From positions 1,664 to 33,663 of the forward strand of contig JAFRMA010000108.1 in assembly GCA_017430925.1 (NCBI GenBank): a stretch of DNA of 32,000 nucleotides, in the 5' to 3' direction. Below the pieces are notes generated by a model that ran no database searches, was not told the DNA's origin, and was given only the letters and a program-made list of their open reading frames with translations. This document shows, in pieces, positions 8,853 to 17,541 of the stretch. The stretch comes from Solobacterium sp. (GTDB taxonomy: Bacteria > Bacillota_I > Bacilli_A > Erysipelotrichales > Erysipelotrichaceae). Position numbers and translations under genes: made by a program. How positions within the stretch are numbered: the stretch's first letter is position 1; each line of letters begins with the position of its first letter.

Positions 8853-10073
8853 ATGGATATTCTTAAGAATGGGGATATAACAACAGTTTTATTGAACGCA
8901 GTCTTCGCAACATTCATCAGTGTACTATTTCTCTTGTTAGGAAATGTTATCTACAAAAAATCATCATTGATTCGGAAACTTTGCATTCCTGCACCGGTCG
9001 TCGGCGGACTTGTTTTTGCAATTATTAATCTTCTTCTGCATTCATTCGCAGGTGTAGAAGTTGAATTTGATGAGACGATCTATAACTTCTTTGCGTTGCT
9101 ATTCTTCACCACACTGGGTTACGCAATTAATCTGGGTGTAGTGAAAAAAGCAGGAAAGATGATTCTGATCTTCTTCATTACCACAGTCATTCTAACCATT
9201 GTACAGAACTTTGTGGCTGTTGGCATCTCCAAGGCTACAGGTATTTCTCCTCTCGTAGGTCTGATGGCAGGATCACCGTCACTGGTTGGCGGACATAGTA
9301 ATGCGGCTGCGTTCGGTGCCATTGCGGAAGAGTGGGGTCATGAAGGAGCTGTCACTTTTGGTATGGCGGCTTCTACATATGGTCTGATTGCCGGTGTCAT
9401 GCTTGGAAACCTCGTTGCGGAAGTGCTGATCAAGAGACATAATCTTTCAACAGTGGCACAGGACATGGGAGACCTTGCAGATGAAAGCGATGAAAAAGGC
9501 CATATGTTCAGTGGAAACGCCCTGACCATGGCTATGATGCGTTTGGTTTTAACAACCGGCGTAGGTCTTGTACTTTATGTTGTATGGGGTGCTCTGGTTC
9601 CAAGCGTAACGATCACACCGCTGATCTGGGGTTTGATTGTTGCCGTATTTGTTAAGATCTTTGATGATAAGAGAGGGAAAAAGCTTCCTACCGTTGAGAT
9701 GCAGGCACTTGGTAAAACGTTCCTGGCAATGTTTGTCGCACAGGCTGTCGCATCCATGAAACTCTGGCAGTTGGTCGGCCTCGCACTGCCGCTTGTTCTG
9801 ATTCTTGTCGTAAACACGATCATCACCTTCATCTTTGTCATTGCAATTACATATCGCATCTGTGGAAGAAACTACGATTCCGCATGTATCGCAGACGGAC
9901 AGTTCGGCTTCGGTATGGGTTCTGTGATCGTATCTGTCGCGAACCTGGATGAAATCAGCAAGAAGTATTCTACATCCAAACTGGCGTACTTCGTGGTTCC
10001 TATCGTTGGAGCGATGTTATCGAATATCTCCAATGCGTTGATCGTATCGACTTTCATGAACTTCCTTCGGTAA
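8853..10073 (+). CDS. gltS: ESS-family sodium/glutamate symporter homolog (GltS-like); substrate unknown
   Basis: The protein is colinear with E. coli GltS: IPAPVVGGLVFAI, GLMAGSPSLVGGHSNAAAFG, about 10 or more TM segments. ATG 8853 sits 7 nt after the GGAG core, whereas the listed ATG 8847 abuts the SD, so 8853 is preferred. Confidence 0.85.
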   Translation: MDILKNGDITTVLLNAVFATFISVLFLLLGNVIYKKSSLIRKLCIPAPVVGGLVFAIINLLLHSFAGVEVEFDETIYNFFALLFFTTLGYAINLGVVKKAGKMILIFFITTVILTIVQNFVAVGISKATGISPLVGLMAGSPSLVGGHSNAAAFGAIAEEWGHEGAVTFGMAASTYGLIAGVMLGNLVAEVLIKRHNLSTVAQDMGDLADESDEKGHMFSGNALTMAMMRLVLTTGVGLVLYVVWGALVPSVTITPLIWGLIVAVFVKIFDDKRGKKLPTVEMQALGKTFLAMFVAQAVASMKLWQLVGLALPLVLILVVNTIITFIFVIAITYRICGRNYDSACIADGQFGFGMGSVIVSVANLDEISKKYSTSKLAYFVVPIVGAMLSNISNALIVSTFMNFLR

Positions 10074-10111
10074 AACGGTGCCAATTATTAACCTGGAAAT
10101 TTAAGAATAAG

Positions 10112-10136
10112 ATGCCCATATAATGGGCATTTTTCA
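10112..10136 (+). terminator. intrinsic terminator of the 5236-10073 operon
   Basis: ATGCCCA (10112-10118) pairs with TGGGCAT (10124-10130), followed by TTTT. Confidence 0.8.
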
Positions 10137-10424
10137 GTTCTGGCATTTTTTGGTATTCAAATTATATATATAAATCACTCATATAATTCTTTTATATGTT
10201 TCACGTTAAAAACAAACATATAAATGCTGACACATTGTACATGTTGATACTACAGGAAAAAGAAACAAGAATGGATAAAACCGATAATATCAAAATGAAA
10301 AAGTATAAAAATTATAGTTGATTGCAAATAAATCTTTAGGTAACCTGCACATGAAGTTCAGATACTCTTCACATTCACCGGGTATTCTTTTACTCGTAAC
10401 ATAAGTAACGGAAAGGAGTTCCCT

Positions 10425-11777
10425 ATGAAAAACAAAGAAATGAAGAAGATGGTATCCCTGCTTGTCAGCGCCGGATTACTTGCCGGATTAGCTGGCTGTA
10501 CAGCACAGGAGAACGAGAATACAGCTGCACCTGAAACGGCAGCACCCGCAGAAGTCACAGCAGAACCTGCAGCCCCCGCAAGTGAAAGTACAACTGCCGT
10601 ACAAGTCACAGAAACGGTCAAGACACAATCAGAAAGTGAATACTTCACCGACAGAGACCTGACACAGACTGCAGACACCAGTGACGCAAAGTATTACACC
10701 CTGCAGGACAACCAGGAATACACGATTAGTGAAGAAGGCGTATATGTCATCAGCGGAAGTGCGGAAGAAGCTACGATTGTAGTCGACGTGGATTCTTCAG
10801 AAAAGGTACAGATCGTTCTGGATGGTGTATCCATCACCAACGCTGACTACCCCGCAATCTATGTGAAATCCGCAGACAAGGTATTTGTGACAACCACAGA
10901 CTCGGAGAATAAACTGACAGTCACCGGCACCTTCCGCAGTGACGGAGATACCAATACGGACGCTGTCATCTTCAGCAAGGATGATCTGGTACTGAATGGC
11001 CTGGGTAAGTTGGTCATCAACTCCACAGACAACGGAATCACTTCCAAGGATGATCTCAAGATCACCGGCGGCACATACATCATCACTTCCGAAAGTGACG
11101 CGATTGAAGCCAACGATTCGATCCTGATCTGTGACGGTGAGTTTACGATCAACACCTCCAAGGACGCGTTACATAGTGAGAATGATGAAGATGATACACA
11201 GGGGATGATCTACATCAGCGGCGGTACATTTAGCATCAACGCGGAATCTGACGGTATTCAGGGTATATCCCTGGTGGAGATCGACGGCGGTACATTCACA
11301 ATCAAGGCAGAAGAAGCAGTCGAAGGAACCTATGTCAGGATCAATGACGGTAAATTCACGATCAACGCTTCCGATGACGGAATCAACGCTTCCGCGAAAT
11401 CCAGCGCATACAAGCCGACAATAGAGATCAACGGCGGTACTCTGGACATCACCATGGCCGCAGGGGATACTGACGCCATTGACTCCAACGGCTATATCTA
11501 CATTAACGGCGGTACGATCAACATCTCTGCCCAGTCTGCCTTCGACTTTGACTACGGCGCAGAACTGAACGGCGGAACTGTGACAGTAAACGGAACCCAG
11601 ATCACCAGTATCACAAACTCCATGATGGGCTTCGGCGGCGGTATGCAGGGTGGCATGATGCCCGGCGGTAACGGAGAGATGCCGGAAGGCGAAACTCCGC
11701 AGGGTAATCCGTTCGGTGGCAAACCACAGGGTCCCGGAGGAATGCAGGGAGGATTCGGTCCCGGCGGGAAACAGTAA
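10425..11777 (+). CDS. lipoprotein with a Cthe_2159-type carbohydrate-binding beta-helix domain
   Basis: The signal peptide carries a lipobox (LLAGLAGC). There is an acidic linker, then repeated GGT(F/Y)(T/S)I beta-helix turns and the family-typical strings VQIVLDGVSITNADYPAIYVKSADKVFV and DAVIFSKDDLVLNG. The tail is Gly/Met/Pro/Gln-rich. The SD is AAAGGAG. Confidence 0.85.
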   Translation: MKNKEMKKMVSLLVSAGLLAGLAGCTAQENENTAAPETAAPAEVTAEPAAPASESTTAVQVTETVKTQSESEYFTDRDLTQTADTSDAKYYTLQDNQEYTISEEGVYVISGSAEEATIVVDVDSSEKVQIVLDGVSITNADYPAIYVKSADKVFVTTTDSENKLTVTGTFRSDGDTNTDAVIFSKDDLVLNGLGKLVINSTDNGITSKDDLKITGGTYIITSESDAIEANDSILICDGEFTINTSKDALHSENDEDDTQGMIYISGGTFSINAESDGIQGISLVEIDGGTFTIKAEEAVEGTYVRINDGKFTINASDDGINASAKSSAYKPTIEINGGTLDITMAAGDTDAIDSNGYIYINGGTINISAQSAFDFDYGAELNGGTVTVNGTQITSITNSMMGFGGGMQGGMMPGGNGEMPEGETPQGNPFGGKPQGPGGMQGGFGPGGKQ

Positions 11778-11793
11778 TTCAGAAAATGTTAAG

Positions 11794-11822
11794 GAACTCT
11801 GTTCAGGCAGAGTTCTTTTTTT
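11794..11822 (+). terminator. intrinsic terminator
   Basis: GAACTCTG (11794-11801) pairs with CAGAGTTC (11808-11815), followed by a T-run. Confidence 0.85.
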
Positions 11823-11836
11823 CATCTATAGTTCAA

Positions 11837-11845
11837 TGATATAAT
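11837..11845 (+). promoter_or_regulatory. extended -10 element (TGaTATAAT) upstream of hprK
   Basis: TG at 11837-11838 and TATAAT at 11840-11845, 21 nt before the hprK ATG. No good -35 is present. Confidence 0.35.
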
Positions 11846-11866
11846 CAGTGAAAAGGAAGCCCGATT

Positions 11867-12835
11867 ATGACAGTGTTTTTTGAGAAGAGAGTACAAGTCA
11901 GAGAGATTGTGAAATTCTTTCAGTTTGAGCAGCTGACCGGTAATGAAGAATCGCTGAACCGGTGGGTAGTTGTACCGGATGTGAACCGTCCCGGTTTTGA
12001 ATTGTCCGGTTATTTTAAACCTACGGAACCAAGACGTATTGTGCTGATCGGTAATAAAGAAATAGAATATATTTCTCACTTGACTGACGCTGAACAGAGA
12101 GGACGTTATCCGATCATAACCGATATCCTGACACCGATGATGATCGTTACCCACAACAATCCCGTACCTCCGATTTTGCTGGAGATTGCCAGAGAACAGA
12201 ATTTCCCGATCTTCCGTACACCACTGGGTACATATCGTATTACCGTGGATCTGATCAACTTCCTGGAAGAACAGATGGCGCCGGAAGATTCCCTGTCTGC
12301 CGTGCTCATGGTGGTCTACGGCAGAGGTGTGCTGATTCAGGGTGACAGCGGGATCGGTAAGTCTGAGACAGCTCTGGAACTGATCAAGAACGGGCACTCG
12401 CTTGTGGCAGATGACCGTGTCGATGTCATGCGTATACATAATACGATCGTCGGCAGAGCTCCGGATTTGTTGAAGGGTATGCTGGAGATCCGCGGTATCG
12501 GTATTATTGATGTAGAGAGAATGTTCGGGGCGAACAGCCTGGTCAAGCAGCATTCGGTTGACTACGTGCTGAATCTGCACAGATATACGACACACGAAGA
12601 ATTTGACCGCCTCGGAGAAAACGTGAACAAGCGTGTGGAGATCCTTGGTGTACAGATACCAATGACAGTATTACCTGTATCTTACGGGCGTTCAACAAGG
12701 GTACTTGTGGAAACAGCCGTCACCAACTTCATCCTCCGGGAAGAGGGCTACGACAGTTCGGAAGAATTCCGCAGAAGATTACATGATTATCTTGTCGAAC
12801 AAAACGCAAAAGCGAAAGAAGGAAAGAATGAATAG
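11867..12835 (+). CDS. hprK: HPr kinase/phosphorylase
   Basis: The P-loop and signature GDSGIGKSETALELIKNGHSLVADDRV and LEIRGIGIIDV are present. Confidence 0.95.
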   Translation: MTVFFEKRVQVREIVKFFQFEQLTGNEESLNRWVVVPDVNRPGFELSGYFKPTEPRRIVLIGNKEIEYISHLTDAEQRGRYPIITDILTPMMIVTHNNPVPPILLEIAREQNFPIFRTPLGTYRITVDLINFLEEQMAPEDSLSAVLMVVYGRGVLIQGDSGIGKSETALELIKNGHSLVADDRVDVMRIHNTIVGRAPDLLKGMLEIRGIGIIDVERMFGANSLVKQHSVDYVLNLHRYTTHEEFDRLGENVNKRVEILGVQIPMTVLPVSYGRSTRVLVETAVTNFILREEGYDSSEEFRRRLHDYLVEQNAKAKEGKNE

Positions 12836-13499
12836 AGTACCAGTATTATTTGACTTTGACGGAACCCTCATGGCTACTGAGCCCGCAATCCACGAAAGTT
12901 TCCGGGAAGTATTCCGCCTGCACGGTGATGTTGAAGATTTTGATGAACGCAAACAAATCGAAGTCCTTGGGCCGCCTCTGGATGTAATGATGAAGAAATA
13001 CTTTCCCGACCTGGATCCGGAAGTGCTGAAAGCAGAGTACCGCAACTATCAGAATGCCCACCTGACAGAACTGGTTAAACCTATGCCATACGCAAAAGAA
13101 CTTCTTATCTGGTTGAAAGAAAGAGGGTACAGAATAGGTATTGTGTCTACCCGCAGAACAGATTCCATTGAACGAATCATGGAAACGGCAGATATGCAGG
13201 GACTGGCGGATGTTACGATCGGATACGAAAAAGTAACCCGGCAGAAACCGGATCCGGAAGGCGTAGCCATGGCTATAGAAATTCTGGGGTATTCCGCAGA
13301 TACACCATGTATTTATATCGGGGACAGTCCGGCAGACATCCAGTGCGGAAAGAATGCCCGGGCATATACCATCGCGATGATCTCCCATCCAGGTAAGGAA
13401 GCGGATGTCCTGGCGCAGAAGCCGGATGCGGTAGTCTATCACCTGAAAGACCTGATGCAAATCATAGAGAATTACGAGAAAAGCGAGGTGCAGGAATGA
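12828..13499 (+). CDS. HAD-family phosphatase (PpaX / phosphoglycolate phosphatase-like)
   Basis: LFDFDGTLM, VSTR, KPDPEG and IGDSPADIQ are present. ATG 12828 overlaps the hprK stop (ATGAATAG). Its position after hprK matches the ppaX context in Bacillus. The listed 12705 start is an out-of-frame overlap with hprK. Confidence 0.8.
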   Translation: MNRVPVLFDFDGTLMATEPAIHESFREVFRLHGDVEDFDERKQIEVLGPPLDVMMKKYFPDLDPEVLKAEYRNYQNAHLTELVKPMPYAKELLIWLKERGYRIGIVSTRRTDSIERIMETADMQGLADVTIGYEKVTRQKPDPEGVAMAIEILGYSADTPCIYIGDSPADIQCGKNARAYTIAMISHPGKEADVLAQKPDAVVYHLKDLMQIIENYEKSEVQE

Positions 13500-14350
13500 G
13501 CGAACCTATGCAGAAAACAATTGTTCTGGTCAGCGGAATGAGTGGAGCCGGGAAAACCACGGCGATGCAGATGATGGAAGATCTCGGATATCACTGTATT
13601 GATAACTTTCCTGCGCAGTTGCTTCCGCAGCTGGAAAATCTGATCGAAAACAGTAAAGATCCCCGCTACAGTTATATTGCCTTGTCTACCTCAGCGCAGG
13701 ATTTTCCGCATTTCCTGTATGCCCTGCGGGGTGAGGGAATCAACGCCGGAGTATTGTTCCTGGATGCCGGGAATGCCGAATTGATGAAACGATACAAGAG
13801 TACGCGCAGAACGCACCCCTTATTGATGAGTAATACGGTCAATACCCTGGAAGAAGCGATTGCTTTGGAAAGACAGATGTTCCAGCAGAACCGCAATGAA
13901 TCCTTTACCGTAATCGATACGACAAAGCTCAGTGAAAAGGAACTGCGCCAGAAACTGGAACAGTTATTTGCCAAGAGCAGTATGCCGTCCTTTACGATTT
14001 CATTTATTTCCTTTGGATATAAGAACGGTGTACCCCTGGATGCGGATCTGATGGTGGACGTGCGTTTCCTGCCGAATCCTTACTGGGTGGAAGAACTGCG
14101 GCGCTTTAACGGCAATGACAAGGTCGTCTATGACTATGTCATGGAGAAGGAACAGACACAGGAATTTGTCCGGCGTCTGACCGCGTTTACCGACTATGCG
14201 TTTGAAGAGTATGTCAAGGAAGGCAAGAATCACTTCACTGTGGCGATCGGCTGTACAGGCGGACAGCATCGCTCGGTGACAATCACCAACTATCTGTACG
14301 AATACTACAAGGATAAATACCGCTGCTATAAGGAACACAGAGATATTTAG
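13496..14350 (+). CDS. rapZ: RNase adapter / nucleotide-binding protein RapZ (YvcJ)
   Basis: VSGMSGAGKTTAMQMMEDLGYHCIDNFP, RFLPNPYW and GCTGGQHRSV are present. The ATG overlaps the upstream stop (ATGA). Confidence 0.92.
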   Translation: MSEPMQKTIVLVSGMSGAGKTTAMQMMEDLGYHCIDNFPAQLLPQLENLIENSKDPRYSYIALSTSAQDFPHFLYALRGEGINAGVLFLDAGNAELMKRYKSTRRTHPLLMSNTVNTLEEAIALERQMFQQNRNESFTVIDTTKLSEKELRQKLEQLFAKSSMPSFTISFISFGYKNGVPLDADLMVDVRFLPNPYWVEELRRFNGNDKVVYDYVMEKEQTQEFVRRLTAFTDYAFEEYVKEGKNHFTVAIGCTGGQHRSVTITNYLYEYYKDKYRCYKEHRDI

Positions 14351-14361
14351 AGGTAATGTGT

Positions 14362-15306
14362 ATGAAGAAGATCGTTGTAATCGGAGGCGGGCACGGACAA
14401 TCCGCGATCTGCCGGGGACTCAAGAATCTGGAAGATGTGGATATTACTGCTGTAGTGACAGTGGCAGATGACGGAGGCAGTACAGGACGTCTGCGCAGAC
14501 GCTTTCATATTCCTGCCATGGGCGATATCCGGAACGTCATGATCTCACTTGCGGAAGATGAAACCCTGATGAAGGAGCTGATGGATTACCGCTTTGAAGA
14601 TCCGGACGGGAATGCCATGGATGTCGGCGGACATAACCTAGGGAATCTGATCCTGACCGCGATGACCCAGCAGAGAGGAAGCTTCCTGGAAGCGATCCAG
14701 ACTGTCGGACAGGTCTTGAATGTCAAGGGTCATATCGTACCCGCCACAGAACAGGTCATCACCTTGTATGCCTTGATGGAAGATGGTGTTATCGTCAAGG
14801 GTGAAGCGAATATCCCGGATATCAATAACCACATCAGTAAAGTATTCTACGACGAGGAAGTCAAAGCCGATCCGGACGCTGTCGCAGCGATTCTGAATGC
14901 AGATCTGATCATCTATGGGATTGGTTCAGTCTATACCAGTATTCTGCCGAATGTGATCATTCCGGAGATCCGGGATGCCCTGACACAGACAAAAGCCAAA
15001 CGTGTCTATATCTGTAATGCCATGACCCAGCCGGGAGAAACCGACGGATACTGCGTAGAGGATCATGTTCAGGCATTGCTGGACCACGGGGCGAAGGTGG
15101 ATGCGGTGCTGGTAGCTTCGGATGAACTCCCGCCGGAGATCGTTATGCGTTATCTCGATGAAAGCAGTACCCCGGTAAATATTAAATATCAGTCCCATGA
15201 TTACGAGATTATAGAATATCCATTACTGAGCTTTGACAACAAGCTGGTCCGTCATGACCCGATGAAAGTCAAAAGAGCTTTTGAAGAAATACTCCGGGAG
15301 ATCTGA
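14362..15306 (+). CDS. yvcK: gluconeogenesis factor YvcK (CofD-like, UPF0052)
   Basis: VVIGGGHGQS, VTVADDGGSTGRLR, GHNLGNL and CNAMTQPGETDGY are present. ATG 14362 is spaced 9 nt from AGAGG. The alternative start at 14356 is spaced only 3 nt. Confidence 0.9.
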   Translation: MKKIVVIGGGHGQSAICRGLKNLEDVDITAVVTVADDGGSTGRLRRRFHIPAMGDIRNVMISLAEDETLMKELMDYRFEDPDGNAMDVGGHNLGNLILTAMTQQRGSFLEAIQTVGQVLNVKGHIVPATEQVITLYALMEDGVIVKGEANIPDINNHISKVFYDEEVKADPDAVAAILNADLIIYGIGSVYTSILPNVIIPEIRDALTQTKAKRVYICNAMTQPGETDGYCVEDHVQALLDHGAKVDAVLVASDELPPEIVMRYLDESSTPVNIKYQSHDYEIIEYPLLSFDNKLVRHDPMKVKRAFEEILREI

Positions 15307-16250
15307 TGTCGTTTACACAGGATGTAAAACAAGAAGTCTCTCTGCATGTCTTTACAGCGGAGGAAGAGAAAGCAGCCCTGTCGGCACTGATCCAACTGAC
15401 TGCTTCCCTTTCCATATCCCGGCGCGGACCTGCGCTCAGCGTTACCACCGAAAACGCTGCTGTATCCCGTGCCATTTTCCGCATGCTGAAGAACTATGAT
15501 GTAGAGATCATCCCTTCGGTAAAACGGCGGATGAACCTGAAGAAGAACCTGATCTACCAGTTACGTGCGGAGGGCAATGTACAACAAGTCCTGGAAGATA
15601 CCGGGATCTACTCTGCCCAGGGACTCCGGGACCGTCCGCTGCGGGCAATCGTCCGTAAGGACCAGTGCGCCCGGGCATATCTGGCCGGTGCCTTCATGGC
15701 GGAGGGCAGTGTGAACTCTCCCCGTACAAGCAACTATCATCTGGAAATCAAAGCCGCCAACCCCAAACACGCGGAATTCCTTGCCGAACTGATGAAACGC
15801 TTCTATATCGATGCCAAGATCATCGAACGCCGCGGTCATTCCGTGGTTTATATCAAATCTGCCGAGAAGATCGCGGATTTCCTCCGGGTCATCGATGCTT
15901 CGGATAACCTGATGAAATTTGAGGATACGCGTATTTCCCGGGATATTACCAACAGTATTACCAGGTTGAATAACGTCGAAGTAGCCAACGAGATGAAGAG
16001 TTTCAAGGCGGCTGCCGAACAACTTGAAGATATTGAGATTCTGGAGCGTTATGACCTGGTTAGAAATATGGATCCGAAACTGCGGGATGTAATCGAACTG
16101 CGGAAGGAAGAACCATACTCTTCATTGAACGAACTGGCAGAATCCTACCGTGCCAAAACCGGCAGTACAGTAAGTAAATCCGGACTGAAGCACCGTTTTG
16201 TCAAGATTCATGAAGCAGCCTTGAAAGCGAGCGGACAAAAAGATGAATAG
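15306..16250 (+). CDS. whiA: DNA-binding protein WhiA
   Basis: MSFTQDVKQE at the N-terminus, a degenerate LAGLIDADG-like core (YLAGAFMAEGSV), and a C-terminal HTH (SKSGLKHRF) are present. The start overlaps the yvcK stop by 1 nt. Confidence 0.92.
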   Translation: MSFTQDVKQEVSLHVFTAEEEKAALSALIQLTASLSISRRGPALSVTTENAAVSRAIFRMLKNYDVEIIPSVKRRMNLKKNLIYQLRAEGNVQQVLEDTGIYSAQGLRDRPLRAIVRKDQCARAYLAGAFMAEGSVNSPRTSNYHLEIKAANPKHAEFLAELMKRFYIDAKIIERRGHSVVYIKSAEKIADFLRVIDASDNLMKFEDTRISRDITNSITRLNNVEVANEMKSFKAAAEQLEDIEILERYDLVRNMDPKLRDVIELRKEEPYSSLNELAESYRAKTGSTVSKSGLKHRFVKIHEAALKASGQKDE

Positions 16251-16497
16251 AGAAACTTTGAAACTGATCCTGATCTTTGCCGGATTTACGGCAGTGATTT
16301 TATTCCTGCTGTCTGTTTTCTGGCCGCTGATCGTCATTGCGCTGGCTGCCGGAGGAATCTGGTACTGGGTAAACAAGAGAAAAACCCAAAAGGCCGCGGA
16401 GAACCTGCAGAATGATCTGTTTTATACGCAGATACGCAGAAAACGTGAAGAAAATATTATTGACGCAGAATATATTGAGAAAGAGAAAAAAGACTGA
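16243..16497 (+). CDS. small membrane protein (2 predicted TM helices, basic/acidic tail)
   Basis: LKLILIFAGFTAVILFLLSVFWPLIVIALAAGGIWYWV. ATG 16243 overlaps the whiA stop (ATGAATAG). No family is recognised. Confidence 0.5.
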   Translation: MNRETLKLILIFAGFTAVILFLLSVFWPLIVIALAAGGIWYWVNKRKTQKAAENLQNDLFYTQIRRKREENIIDAEYIEKEKKD

Positions 16498-16504
16498 TTG
16501 TTTA

Positions 16505-16513
16505 TGCTATAAT
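16505..16513 (+). promoter_or_regulatory. extended -10 element (TGcTATAAT) upstream of the XpaC-like/AAA+ gene pair
   Basis: TG at 16505-16506 and TATAAT at 16508-16513, 29 nt before ATG 16543. Confidence 0.4.
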
Positions 16514-16542
16514 CTATATCGCATAAAGGAGTAATTGTATAA

Positions 16543-17532
16543 ATGAGACGTAGATCTTCTTTTGGCGGAATCTGGATGTTCCTGATCTTCCTGTTTATCT
16601 TCAGCGATACGGGGTTTATTCCTTTTGCGTTGATTGCAGGACTTACGGCTTTTATCATGATGAAAGCTGTTCAGGCAAGTCAGAAGAGTAATCCGGGTGT
16701 CCAGAACGGACGTGTCAACAGTTACGGATATACGGAAAGACGCAACGGGAATGCCCATACCAGTGCCGATCTGGCCAAGATCAACGTATATCTCCGCAAA
16801 TACTTCAAGAGTAATACACGCTTAAGTCTTCCGAATGCACTGGAACTGGTGCTTCGCACGCCATCCTACGAATCCATGTACAGTCTGGATGTCTACCGGA
16901 ATAACACGAAGATCGGTACTCTGAACCAGTTCAGACAGAAATATCCTGACCTATACGATGACTTGTTTGATACACTGCTGGCAATGGCCAAGAATGACCA
17001 GACCGCAGTAAAACCGGATATTGTGGACGCCGAGATCGTAGACAGGAAAGAAAAGAAGGATACCACCGTAAATACATCCACAGCCAAGACGCAGATGGAT
17101 GCCAAGTACTATGTACAGACGATCAACAGTCTGAATGATGATATCCCGGACGAAGAAATATCCAACGGATTGTTTGAAACAGCAGCACTGCTGAAACAAA
17201 TCGATATCCTTGAAAGCAAGTTCCCGGATTCCAAGAAGAAACTGGAAAAACTGTATGATTACTATCTGCCGATCCTTCTCCGTATTCTGAAACAGTATGT
17301 GAATCTGCAGTCTGCCAAGTTCGCCCCGGAATACCAGAAGACCAAGGAAGATCTGAAGAAGACAATTGGTCTGATCAACGGCGCGATGGAGAAGATCACG
17401 ACCCAGATGACCGATAATGACTTCATCAATATCTCTGCGGATATTTCCACGCTGGAAGCTGTATTACAGAAAGATGGTCTGGTTTCCGCGAATGATATGT
17501 TCAGTCAGTCTCAGCTTTCCCAGAAAGAATAG
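16543..17532 (+). CDS. XpaC-like (5-bromo-4-chloroindolyl phosphate hydrolysis family) membrane protein
   Basis: The N-terminus is a 2-TM hairpin. The C-terminal helical domain carries family-typical strings: LNDDIPDEEIS, LYDYYLPILLRILKQYVNLQ, and NISADISTLEAVLQKDGL. Confidence 0.6.
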   Translation: MRRRSSFGGIWMFLIFLFIFSDTGFIPFALIAGLTAFIMMKAVQASQKSNPGVQNGRVNSYGYTERRNGNAHTSADLAKINVYLRKYFKSNTRLSLPNALELVLRTPSYESMYSLDVYRNNTKIGTLNQFRQKYPDLYDDLFDTLLAMAKNDQTAVKPDIVDAEIVDRKEKKDTTVNTSTAKTQMDAKYYVQTINSLNDDIPDEEISNGLFETAALLKQIDILESKFPDSKKKLEKLYDYYLPILLRILKQYVNLQSAKFAPEYQKTKEDLKKTIGLINGAMEKITTQMTDNDFINISADISTLEAVLQKDGLVSANDMFSQSQLSQKE

Positions 17533-17541
17533 GTATCCCAT

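Noticed and set aside
10271-10321. A 16-codon mini-ORF (MDKTDNIKMKKYKNYS) in the AT-rich leader upstream of the lipoprotein gene, considered as a possible leader peptide.
   Set aside because: It has no convincing SD and no adjacent attenuator structure. Such ORFs arise by chance in AT-rich DNA.
11169-12595. Two long minus-strand ORFs (218 aa at 11169..11825 and 257 aa at 11822..12595), antisense to the lipoprotein gene and to hprK.
   Set aside because: They are shadow ORFs opposite genes with unmistakable family signatures. Their translations are low-complexity and rich in His, Cys and Arg, with no motifs and no SD.
12846-13460. A 204-aa minus-strand ORF antisense to the PpaX-like HAD gene.
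   Set aside because: It is an antisense shadow of a well-supported gene, with no recognisable domain. The same reasoning applies to 13672..13974, 14000..14338 and 15561..16022.
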